A stretch of 64,000 nucleotides of DNA, from the NCBI GenBank assembly GCA_964035545.1, contig OZ037770.1, positions 11,056,463 to 11,120,462 on the forward strand. The letters are read 5' to 3'. The notes under the pieces are model-generated. The model searched no databases and was not told where the DNA came from. It saw only the letters and a list, made by a program, of their open reading frames with translations. The position numbers and the translations under genes were made by a program. The stretch is from Bugula neritina (lineage: Eukaryota > Animalia > Bryozoa). Shown in pieces: positions 1 to 14,818 of the stretch; within the stretch, counting starts at the first letter, position 1, and each line of letters opens with the position of its first letter.

Positions 1-3000
1 GTTCTGTGATAAACATAGAGATCAACCTTACAGTGTTGGATGTAGAGATTGTTTGAGTCTCTGTTGTGTGAAATGTCTGTCTGGTTTGAAGAACTGTACC
101 AGCACCGGTGAGTGGATAATAAATAATAATTATATACCAGCATTGGTGATTGGTTAATAATTATTAACGCAGTCACATTAGTTATGGGTCAACAGCTATA
201 TGTACCAGCACTGATGATTGGCTGGCAACTATATATCCACACTTGTGATTGCATGTCTGATCAACAATTTTATACTATATAAGTGGTTATGTAATCTCTC
301 AACTCATCAACCAAGAGTTTTTTTCTGGAACGGTATATTTAGAAAATATAATATGACAATATAGACAAAAATAGTCCTGTTGAAAAATCTTCAATAAACT
401 ACATTTGTAAAAAAGACTTTAAAACTCAATTTCTGATGATATATCTACAGTTTTCTTGTAGATAATAGCTAGTCTTTTTGGTTTATGTCTACAAAGTTTC
501 ATGTCGGAATCTTTGTAGGCAATCCTTGTCATTAGCCAATGACATCCTAACTTAGCTGAGAGCTATTCAAATAATAGTCACATTATATTCTATATGTTCT
601 AGAGATATGTATTTACACAATGGTGTGAGACTCAGATGTACTTGTAGGTGTCAATCACAAACTCTGCTCTCTTGAAGAACTGACGTCTGAGTTGAAACAA
701 GACATCAATGCACTGACTTCTAAACTCAGCAACAAAGAGGGAAAATGGGCTTCTATTAGCAAGTCCACTAGTACCTTGTTATCTGACTTCACATTGAAAA
801 CGGAGAGGTTCGTTGATTCCTTGGAAAAAACAAAAGAAGAGCAGGTAAATGTTACATGTCTCAGTTTTGCTTAAGGTAAATTGTGTTGTTAGTTTCAGAA
901 TATCAGTAACATTACAATAAATTTTCTAATTAGATTTTTTGCTACTAGGTTAAAATTACATTACAATAATTATGTCTATATTTAAACTAAAGAAATCACA
1001 AAAACAATTGAAAAGTTATGCTGAGAAAATAAAATAAGTGGAATCGAAAAATTACCACCAAAGTGGCTTACCGTTATAGATTGTTGGGTAATCTAATTAC
1101 CGCATGTTAGTAGTCAATTGCTACTCAAACTAATGTAAAAGTAATTTAAAAGTATTATTTCATTTGTTTACTCAAATGGCTAGCTTTTAATAAATTTTCT
1201 TGATGCATAACACTTTTTGAAAGATTGGAGAACTTACTTCAAAATATGAAAGTTTGAAATCGGACTTTCTAAAACAACGACAAGAAATTCAGAAAAAGAT
1301 AAACCAGTTTATAGAAGCAGATGTAAATGAAGAGTGTTCAAATTTTTGGACGCAAAGAGTAAGAATTTTGGCTAAGCTTCGTCAAAATCATCAAGTACGT
1401 ATCTGCATGTTTTTAGGTGTACCGTAGTTAACAAAAGTTGTTAAGAAAATTATTGCATATCATATAGACTGAAAGTACAGTTTAAAAATGTATGAAATAT
1501 AAGTAGATTTACTTAATTTAACAGTCTCTAGTTACAATAAACAGGGCGTTAATAAGATTTTTTATCAACATTGACCAAATATGATAATGCTTTTTATGCC
1601 ATATTTTTTATTATTAAAATATTGCTTAAACAACATATTCAAAAGTTGTTTTTTCTTTATTTAAGGCTATGTTAAGCTCAACTAAAAGTGTATTTGTAGT
1701 ATAAATTATACAAAATTACTTTATGAACTCATATTTCAAACTTGATCAAAAATAACTTACCACTCACATTTTATTCTTGAACTGGGCGCTTTTTTATTAA
1801 ATTTCTTAGGACCACCTGTTATAGTGTTTTTTATTTGTGATAAAGGTTGACATTGTTAATGACTACAGAGAGATCAAGCAGCATATAGATAATCTTCTAG
1901 GCAAAGCGACACCTGCTTTACAGTTGAAGAAAATACCAGAACTGAGAACTACAGGTGAGACAAACCCCAAGTTCAGGTTAAAGGAAACTATATGGTATTA
2001 CAATGACTATATATAACATATAGCAATAGTATTCAATTATAATGAAATCGCTTACATAATTTTTGCATGATAACTTGTTTAGCACACTGCGATTTCAGGT
2101 AAAACTAGAAATTTGGAAATGGAAATCACAGATCAGGACACAAAAAATGGTAATTTTTTCTTAAATGATTTTAAAACTTTTATTGCCTCCCACTCTGCTA
2201 CAATTATATACACTAACTAGTTAAGTGTTTAAAATCAGCACATAATTTAGTTATGATATTGGCCAATTATATTAAAAACTTTAAAATTTACCATGTTTTG
2301 GTTGGCTAAACATAATTGAAAGCTTAAATTCTGTTTATGCCAACCAATATGTAGAAAAATTTGATTAAATAAAAAATAGACCAAAACTTTCTAATAAATG
2401 GTGTTTTGTAACCGAACAAACTGAGCATAACCTAGAAAATATAATTTAACTTTGCAGTGAAACTTTGCAGTGAAAAAAACATCAAGTTCCTGAATTTCAA
2501 TCAGCTCAGCTATAAAAGAATGTCCTCAATTATAAAAGTCTGTGCCATTAATAACTTTCTTGAATACTGAAAATTTATAAAAGCATTCTAGTAATTAGGG
2601 ATCATTACTAGTATTAGTGGCTTTGAAGCTATGTCAATAACAAAAATATTGCCCTGTTGTTCTTCTATATAATGCTATTTTATATATAATTTGTATATTT
2701 GAATATGTGTTTAAATTTTAGTTGATACTCTTGCTCCACCATCACGCGACCCGCCATCTAAAAATGAGGACCTGGCGCATAACGAATGTGAGAGTATATA
2801 AGTTTTGACCTTAAAATTTTCACCGACAATAGTTTTGGTAAGAGTTATGACTTGCCTCACGAATGACGCAATTGTCCATCAGGTTTTAGTGAGTATCAAT
2901 CAGATTGTTGCCACAACTAATGGTACATAGTATGACAGTTTCAATGTTTTACCACAGTGTACACCTATAATGATATATGCTTTAGTATATTAACTAACCT

Positions 3001-4578
3001 TGTATATACATTCTAGTATTCATCATATTTTAGTAGCTGTTACCATATTAGTAATAGGATTGTTACCTGAGAGCAAGATTTTTATCAAATTATAGCTACT
3101 TAATTTACAACTATACACACTAATTTATGTAAAAGTTAAAATTCTAACCATTATACCTAGAAATATAAAATAAAAATATGTTTGATAGACTTTCCTGCTC
3201 AAAGGTTTAACATACAAGGGTTTTGACATTCTGTTAATTCAATTTATTATAGATGTTTGATAATAAACCTATAAATAATTGTCAAAAAGGGTATATTGAG
3301 TAATGGGGAACAGCGTAAACAGTTTCCTAAGAGTCGAAGTTCATCACAAAGCAAATAGTTGAGTGTAAGAAATAAAACTATTTTCTTGATTTAAAGCTGG
3401 TGAACTTCAGGCAGCGACAACAAATGCAAACGATGTTATATATGCAGAAGAAGAACTACCAAAAATAAGGGCTCACGGCAAAAGCTTGTCAGGTAATTAT
3501 GATGTGTATGCTATATTTTTTAAGTAATTGACTAAATTCTAAAATCATAAAAGTATATCACCATTTGCAATATTGCTATTCGATATGGTTTTGGCACTAT
3601 ACCCTACTAACAATTTACATTGATATGACATTTTATAAACGTTAGAAAAAACGTTCATTAAATGTTTAAATGTTGATACATTTTTGTACTACATACAACG
3701 TTTAGGACAAAGGTTTATCACAAAATTTTTCACCAACGTTTCATAAACGCTGCGTTGCATAATGTTGCGTATATGTTTTTTATATACAACGTTAGTGAAA
3801 TGTTTAAATTTAAACGTATCTCTTTGTCTCACACAACGTTTAGGCAAAAACGTTTTCTGCAAACCATTTTACCAACGTTTCATAAACGAGTCATACAAAC
3901 GCTGCCATGACATTGCTTTAACAACTTTTATAATTTTGCAAAACAAGCATAATTTAGTTGTTGAAATGTAGAGGTTATTTAGCATTTCATAAATGTTATT
4001 ATAATGTTTTATAAACTCTATGCAGCTTTGCAAATTTAAGTTATTATAATTATCTGGCAAAGTTTACATAACCATGCATTGCTATATGAAAGTATCTATA
4101 GCAGTGTAATATATACAAGTGGGAGTTTTATATTGTGTGTTGATAACCATGGGAGAGTTTGAAGTTTTGATCACTTTCATTGACTTATGAGTATTATGAG
4201 TGTTGAAATACAGTATCAATAGTAGATTATAATATAATACAAATTAAGTTTATCAAATAATAGTTTGATTGGTGGCTAGCCATGCATTGTGTAGTTTTGT
4301 AACTTTTCTGGTAATAACTTCTATATATAAAATTACCTTGTTTTATTTGTTTTAAAAAATACACATGACATATATTAGAAAAGAGTATAAATTCAGAGCC
4401 AATTGGGTACAGTCACAAACAGAAAGATCCAATAGGTGAAAAAAGTCAAGCAGGTGTTTCAAGTTCTTTGATAGAAATGTTTTACAGAAAAAAAATAAGC
4501 AATAGAGTATATTATAGCTGTGTCGTGGCTACTAGATTCAGAATGGCTGTACTTGCATATCATATCAATGTAAAATAA
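1..4578 (+). CDS. TRIM-like protein copy A, 5'-truncated (B-box2, coiled coil, low-complexity tail). Exons <1-107, 648-844, 1224-1394, 1846-1954, 2099-2149, 2722-2787, 3397-3492, 4379-4578
   Basis: GT-AG exons join in frame: [25 protein letters not shown] (B-box2), [19 protein letters not shown] (coiled coil). The first five exons match copies B and C exon for exon. The last three exons are less certain. Confidence 0.75.
3600..4060. mobile_element. Degenerate non-autonomous insertion rich in AACGTT motifs with internal duplication
   Basis: Repeated acaacgtttagg...accaacgtttcataaacg blocks. Absent from the paralogous intron at ~12190-12210. Termini not resolved. Confidence 0.35.
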
Positions 4579-4899
4579 TTTGAACAATTTTACGTAATAT
4601 TATTTTAATTTTTTTTTCTTCCCATGCATTCGGGTCGTTGGGGCTGATCATTCCAACATCATCATCATTATAGCTTCCTTAAAGCAGAAGAGTTGTGTTC
4701 ACTAATCAGCAGCTACACCAGACTAGCACTAAGAGGCACCGAGACAAGAAACATTCAGTATTTTAGCCAATCAAATTAACTACTTGCAGTAACAGCTGAA
4801 AATCAGCTGAGGGACAGGAGTTTTATCCTGAATATGATGAGAAAACCACACATTGTGCTCTTAGTGGGATTTTACATAATCTTATTTTATATTTCACTA

Positions 4900-5704
4900 T
4901 ATACGACAATTACTGGTTGGTGCCTTAGTTAGCATAGGTTTTGTTTAGAACTCAAAACACTGCATCATATTGATAGTTTCAAACTATTTTTTAATCTATC
5001 AGAATATTGTAAATTTTTGAATTGTAACACTTCTCATAAAAATATCTGATTTATAAACTATGTTATTTTATTTTATAGCAGAAACATCTGAGCAAATATT
5101 AAACTTTATAGTTATAATGTTCTCTTAGTATGTTATTTTGCTACTCAAAAACTGAACTTTACATTAAAATAAACGCATCAAATTTGGAATAGCTATTAGC
5201 TAAAAAAAGATTTGAGGATTTCCTGACTTATCAAATATTTGTTTTACAGAGCAATAAATTTCTTAAATGCTGAAAATTCAATGAAGATTGGTAATAAACT
5301 AGTGTAAACTGGCTGACATTTGTAAATTCTCAGTAACAAAATAAGTTGTTAAGTTTTCTTCTATGCAACGTTATATAATATTTATTAAACTTGTAGTTGA
5401 TACTCTTGCCATATCATCTGATAGCGAGGACTTGGCATACTACGACTGTCAAGGCACTAGTAAAGAACCTGAATTAGAAGTTAGCGACTATGAAGTTGGT
5501 GCCTTCATGCAGAGCGTTCTAACAGGCCCTTAGAACCATTGTCAGCAGAAGAGTGTGGTGAGAGCAAGTTCAAATTGTTATCATAAATGATAGACAACCC
5601 CAATACTTGATCCAGTGTGCAACTATAACTGGTTCAGTCCGTTAGCCTAACTTTTATACCCAGCTGTAACCATAGTAACAAATATAGTGTTTGCCCACAA
5701 CACA

Positions 5705-5803
<99 letters not shown>

Positions 5804-7440
5804 CAGCATCCTATTTCAGTGAGAAGTAGTATAATTTATTGAAATTATTTAAAATTGTGCATCTATGTATAAAAACCAGCTCACATGGTTTAAACAGTTT
5901 TGAATAGGTTGCAGGTTATTATAAAGCAAACAGTCAAGTGTAATAAATGAAAATATTTTCTTTATCTTGGTGAACTACAAACAACAATAAATGCAAACAC
6001 TGTTATATATGTAGAAGAGGATATGACTTATTGCCCTCACTCTGTCCCACTGAAAAGAAGGTCTCATAGCAAAAGTCTGTCTGGTTATTATGTCTAATAT
6101 GCTATGTTTTTTTTTTATTTTCAATAAGTAGGCAATTGATCAACCTCTAAAATAATAAAAACATATCGGTATTGGTGAATTAAGTCTATAGTTGTAGCAA
6201 TTTCCATTGACATAAGTATTGAGTGTTGAACTACAGTATTGTTGCAGAAGCTTTTTGTTCTAACTTTAGGTGAAAATATAGATTTTTGGCATTAAGCAAA
6301 GGTTTGAGTTGTGTCTTGCATTCAACATCTGTGCTATTACAACACATAGGCATCAGTGCCATTCAGCATCGTGCTGACACAAGTATATGTATATGATAAC
6401 AACCATTGAGTAGATGCAAAGTTTATCAAATAATTATTAGATTGATTGCTAACCATGCATCATGCAGCTCTGTAACTTTTCAGTTAATCGCTTCTCAATA
6501 AATGTGTAAAATTAATTTGTTTTATTTGTTTTATAGAAGTAAATGGTAACCCTGAAAGGGGCATACAAGCAAAGCCAATCAAAAACGGTGACAAACATGA
6601 AGATCCAATAGCTTATAGGTGGAAAAAGCCAAGCGGATATTTCAAGTTCTTTGATGGAAATGTTTTACAAAAATAAGCACAAACAATAGAATATATTATA
6701 GCTGTTTCAGGGCTACTTGATTCGGAATTGCGGTACTTGCATATTAATTTTAAAATAAGTTTAGCAGCTTTATACAATAGTAGTATAGTATTATAAATTC
6801 ATAGTTGCATGATAACTTATTATATTATAGTTTAAAGTACTACTAACATATTATTTTATATAAACTGCAATATATTACTTAGTCCCATTACATTCTAAAT
6901 GATTTATTGTTTTGGATTTTTGTAAGTTTGAATGTTAAATGGAAAATTATTTTTTATTGATAATTTCTTTGAAACTTGAAAAATTGCATATTTATATCGA
7001 AAATTAATAAATTTGCCGCAAATGTTGTGGTTGAATACTTATTTTGCATTTAAATGACATTCTCAAGTTTGACTTTTGGCAACATTTGCTATACAACTGC
7101 ATAGAATTATACATTCTTTTCTTTTTGTTTTTTGTCTTTATTAACTTCTGGTTCCTGCAATAAAAATAATTGATTTCATTGACTTAGTTGTTTACATAGT
7201 TCAGTGATTTTACTGTTAATATTCATGTTTTCAATGCATATAACTACAAATTTAATTTCACAAAATTTATCACCAGGTGGCAGGTAATATTTTGCTTTAT
7301 TTATATATGTAATTCTAAGTAGGCTTAGTGCAATAGAGTTTCTGTGGATCATGGATTATGTAATACTATCACAAATAAAGCAGTCATTATTATAGTAAGT
7401 GGAAAACTGCAGTAAGATTGAAGGAAAACTTGCCATGGTG
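4900..7440 (+). repeat. Duplicated TRIM 3' tail module 2 (exon-like blocks near 5397, 5960-6082 and 6537-6760)
   Basis: Co-linear similarity to 2700-4600, 11255-13250 and 32465-34083 (e.g. GATACTCTTGCCATATCATCTGATAG; GATGGAAATGTTTTACA). Confidence 0.8.
5709..5800. repeat. (CT)n microsatellite
   Basis: Pure CT run flanked by direct repeat CACAGCATC. Confidence 0.97.
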
Positions 7441-10105
7441 TGTACAGTGTTGCAGAGTGTATAAAATTTCTAGAACGCATGTTTAAATGCTATAGTAAAC
7501 TTCCTGTAAATAAAAAAATGTGCTAAAATAGTCATTATTTCTACACAGAGAGAAATATTAGTGCAGCGCTTGCACTAAAGTTGTTCAAAGAGCCTTTTAT
7601 TGTCGATATAGCCTGCACCACACCTCTAATAGTTGTTAGACCTGCACTTATTTTGATGAAATTGAAAATTAATCCGATTAGTGTAGGCTGAAAAATATTT
7701 TGTAGTAGCTCTGAAACCACTTAGTTGTTAAGTCAACACTACTTTTCACAAGTATTACGCAATCATCATCCCTTGGTCTGAATGAAGCTAAACAGTAGTT
7801 GATAGGAGCAGAAAGTGAGATCAATGCTACAACTACATATGTTCAAGCAAAATTTTATTTACATAAGAATTATGGAACAATCGGCAGTTGTTTACCTAAC
7901 AACATTATTGTTCACATGTGCACTAATGATGATCACAAACCTTTATAGAAAGCTAGGATAGAGTTGAACCCTACATTTGGGTCATTTCAATGGGTGCAAT
8001 TTATTTGAATACTATTGAAATATATGTGTATTTAAATAAATTTGAGTCAATTGCTTTTTATAATTGGCCCACAAATAAATTTCTTTGCTCTGCATAAACC
8101 TATTAATTTTGCATCTTCTATATTTTTTATTTGTTGAAAAAATTTTATTATTAATGCATTTAATGCTTTTTTTCAACACAAATTTGGAAAAACTTAAATA
8201 TTATTGCAAATATATCATATTAATGGTTATTTTATGTTTAGCAATTGATATGAAAGTTATATAAGGGTATATAGGTATATAATACTTAGTACCAAAACAA
8301 AAAATACAACCTAACTGGGGAGCATATAAGTGGAATGAAACTCCTTCAACCTACTAGCTGTTTATGATTTCGAAATTTTTTTGAACCCAAGACATTTTCA
8401 AATAGCTTGTTACTAGACTACTATTAAACATTGCCCCACTCCTTTTATCAAAGACTTAAGTTGGATTTATCAACAAAAAAATTCAACTGCACATATCTCT
8501 TGCATGGGTAGTTTAGGCTTCACTAGTCAATTTCATTCATGGAAAGGAAAGCCAACTAATTTAAAATGTGTGCAAAAGAGAGATCGGGGAGATGCACCAT
8601 TAAACTCAGATGTACTCAGTTATCAGCAAATGTGTTTTAAACAAGAAGCTTAAAATTAACAATGAAACAAGCTACTGAATAGTCAATTGTGGATCAGGTG
8701 AACCACTTCAAAAGCCTTGTGTAAACTACCTGGTGGAACAAAAGAAGATGTTGCATAACAGAGCTATAGTAAGGAAATATTTAAATTGTAATTCAAAGGC
8801 AAGAAACTGGCTTACCAAGCAGTGACAGAGCAAAGCAAAGGTTATTACATAACAGCACATAGTTTTCATTCACGGCTATTGACAGAAGAAATATTTCGCC
8901 GGCATAGTGAACACCAGAGGCTCAGACTAAGAGGTTGTGCTTTGAGATTCAGTGAATTTGTGCTTCCAAACAACCCCACAACATGGAAAACATTGAATCA
9001 TTTCATCACATGGGTAAAGATTGCAGCTACCTCTCAGAGATAGAAGATGATCACTTTCTTTCAGAGTTAGGAACTGAAGTTGTCATTGCAGCAAAAGGTA
9101 AGCCCAATCATTTGCTTAACGTTGTCATTTGATATCACAATGACAGTATGACTATTGCTGTAGACAGATAATTGAATTTGTGCAACCATAACTTTTAAGA
9201 GACCACATTGACTAATAATTCCCAAACTACTCTATTCCTATATCAATTTGATATGAGTTTTTCTGTAACAACCTATTTTCAAAAAATTTAGCGTTTTATT
9301 TCCACTTCATCTTCTAGCCATTTGTGCTAAATTCATTAATTTGAATTCCCTCCCCCATTGTAAAAAGTATTGTTAGTAATGCAGTTTAGCAGCCTACAAG
9401 TAGTTATTAGCCTTAATCAGCTGCCAAGCTAGCTTCTTGTTTTATAGCTAAGTACCAAAATGCCAATATTAGTGGTGAGATGGCAAAATTTTTCATTAAC
9501 TTCTGTGCCACCAGTTTATTCTTTTATTTATCTTTGCACAGCACTATTAAATATAAAAACATGTTTAAGTAGCAATATTTTTCTTGGTAGTACTTTATTT
9601 GTTTTTCAATTTATAGACATACTGAAACTTATCAATATCTGTTATCTCGATATGAGGGGTCCATATAAAATGCTGACTCCAGCTTAAATTGTGATTCTTT
9701 GACATTTTGGGATAATTTTAATGCAGAGAAGCTTCTATTAACTAAACTAATTACGCCCAACAGCTCTTGCATTTGTAATTAAGAAAGAAGTAAAATAAAA
9801 TGATGGCCAAAATTGTTAGTAAATTTTGATAAGCTCAAACTAACCCAAACACTACGCAACATAATAATCATAAGTTTGCCAAAGCCTGTATGGTTATTCA
9901 GAATCAAACGATTGGTACGATGGTGCTGAGAATATGCTGAAAGATTCGTAGCCAACATCATTGATACTATTAGTTTTGGCCTTAGACTTCAGCTTCTTCA
10001 AAGTTGAACTTAATTTATTTACGCTGCTTGTGATTGTATATCTTAACCAAATGTTTACTGTTTATACTAATACAGCTTAAATATTACCCAACTTTTATCT
10101 TTCGT

Positions 10106-10470
10106 TGTAGATCCCATAACATTTTTTAAGACCATGCACTCAAAGATGCTGAATAGGAGCACAAAAAAGAATTTGACCGCTACAAAACTTTGAATCATGC
10201 TGAGACCTTCAGCTTGCAAGCAGGCGCACTCACCAGTACATTACAAGCGTCACTAGGTGCTCTCGACACTACACCTCACCCACTTCTCAAAAACCCAGCT
10301 GCCCTTTTTATACTACTTCTTCAGGCTTTCCTGGCCACTCAACTCTTCTTGGAGTACTACCACACTTTACTAACTGCTGGATTTAGTTATAAAACTTCCC
10401 CCTCCCCCCTCCCGTACTTGGGTTACTATCACGGACCTCGGACTTGCACACAGGTGTGCTAACCATTACA
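10106..10470 (-). mobile_element. Possible solo LTR
   Basis: TG...CA ends, TATAAAAAGG on the minus strand, more GC-rich than flanks. No matching TSD found. Confidence 0.35.
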
Positions 10471-10835
10471 CACCACAACTGCTTGGTTATTGCTACACTA
10501 CAGAGCAAGAATGTAATGACACACACTATGGTCTTAGCAGGTTCTGCTAATATTGAGAAAAGTTAACTGAATTTACAGTCGTAGAAAAATTCTGCAACTG
10601 TTTATTTTCATGTTTTTTTTCTTATTTTAATCTTTAGAAGTTATTTTTGTTGCATTTCTTATATTCAACTATCATATACAATAAAATCCACATTACTATA
10701 CTCTCATACTGGTTAGAAGTTATGACAAGTTAGTTCAGAGTGATCAGTAATAATTTTTGCAGAAGCTTATTTCCAACGAAAATTAGAGCAGCATGGAACA
10801 TTTATAAAGTCAGCTTTGAATATAACTTAGTTCAG

Positions 10836-11045
10836 CATTGAGCATATCTAAGATCATCATTGAACAGAAATAAGATCATCATTAAACATATATAATATCA
10901 CTATTGAGCATAAATAAGATCACCATTGAACATATATAATATCACTATTGAGCATAAATAAGATCACTATTAAACATATATAATATCACTATTGAGCATA
11001 AATAAGATCACCATTGAAAATATATAAGACCACCATTGAACATAA
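10836..11045. repeat. 22-bp minisatellite (~9 units) with alternating A/B variants
   Basis: TAAGATCACCATTGAACATATA alternates with TAATATCACTATTGAGCATAAA. Confidence 0.9.
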
Positions 11046-11254
11046 TTTGGCTCATTGTGATAAATACAAAGAATCAACTTCACAACTCTTTATATCAACA
11101 TTGATCTAACATACTATTCACTGTGAACAGTACCTGACACTAATTTCTATTCACTGCTGGTCAATTTAGGGATCCAAAAAACGAGAGGTTTTAGTTGTCA
11201 GCTTATGTTCACTCTAACACTAATATTTCTCTCTGTGTAGTTGTCAATAATGTT

Positions 11255-13250
<1,996 letters not shown>

Positions 13251-13656
13251 GAAAATAAATAAATAATATTATAAACGTTTTAGTAATTTGTTGCTACTAT
13301 TTATTATGCTTACTGCAAATAATCAGTTTTTACAGCAAAAAATATACGTTGTTACAGAATGCAAACTATTCTTCTATCAGTGAAGTAGAGTCGCCAACTA
13401 AGTCCTGTGTTGTAATACCGATAATTATATTTCTTTTTTCAAATAGAACAGAGCCTTTTGTTAGTTTCTATTACTGCTCTCTACTTAAAAAGGCAAAATA
13501 AATAATACGAGAAGCAAATAACTTCATGTATCTTGAGGTTCTGTCACTCATGTTGTGGCTGCTGCAGGAAAATTTAAAAGAGAACAGTCAGTTTGTGTTT
13601 TGTGTTCAAGCTGTATACGGTAGTTTGAAAAGCGTCCAAAAATACTGAAAGTGGTA

Positions 13657-13778
<122 letters not shown>

Positions 13779-14672
13779 AATATGATAATATAATATGATA
13801 ATCCTGGCACTTATATATATATATATAGGCTACTATAAGTATTCACTATAATAAAATGTATTATATTATATTGTACGTAGTTTGCAGGACACGCTGTGCA
13901 AAATTAGATATGTTGCAGCTGGTTTGTGAAATAAATTGATTAGTGAAAAGCGCTACAGATGACCGGTACTGTTTGATTATATGCATTGAAAAGAAATATT
14001 GTAATAATGACGTGCCTCATCTTTTATAGCAGGTGGTCCTCAACAATTTTCTATTTTGCTATTTCAATATTGAGCTAAAGCTGTCATTTTGGCTGTTTGT
14101 AATTAAGACAACACTGTGACATGTATATATTCTTATAAACACATCATATAATCTGATTCAGTATGGTTTCATGTTTTAATAGTCAAAATAATGACATCCT
14201 TGACTATAATATTTTCGTATTACATCACTTTGAGTTGCCATTATAACATTGAAATGTAGATAAACACTGAAGTATGTTAGATCTCCAGCTATGATTATTT
14301 TAGTAGCATTGAAGATCAAATATACACTTTCAGGTAATGAAACATTAAAAGAAAAGAATAAAAAAGATAAAATCTACATATATTATAATGCTTACATTTT
14401 TGTTTGAAAAATGAAACCATTGATTGCACAAGTGCTTTTATATTTATATTATCTCTTTCAGTAAATGTAAATTGATACTCTTGTTACACACAAAAAAGGG
14501 CACGCCTAAGTACTGCAGACGTATGTTGTAGACCAACTGAATACTAACTACTTGCCATTTGCTCAAAGATTGTGGATAAGCATCAGCTGCATTGAGACTA
14601 CAGCAGTGATATTGTAAGTCTATAGCCTTAGAAACTGTTACCAACTGTTTTGATATCAAAGCTGTACAGCTG

Positions 14673-14772
<100 letters not shown>

Positions 14773-14818
14773 ATTTCAGCGATCATCTATGCATGTACAG
14801 CAGACTCGATTCTAGAAA

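Noticed and set aside
8317-9310. Possible decayed DNA transposon with Cys-rich coding remnants and weak inverted ends
   Set aside because: Similarity too weak to define termini, TSD or superfamily by eye.
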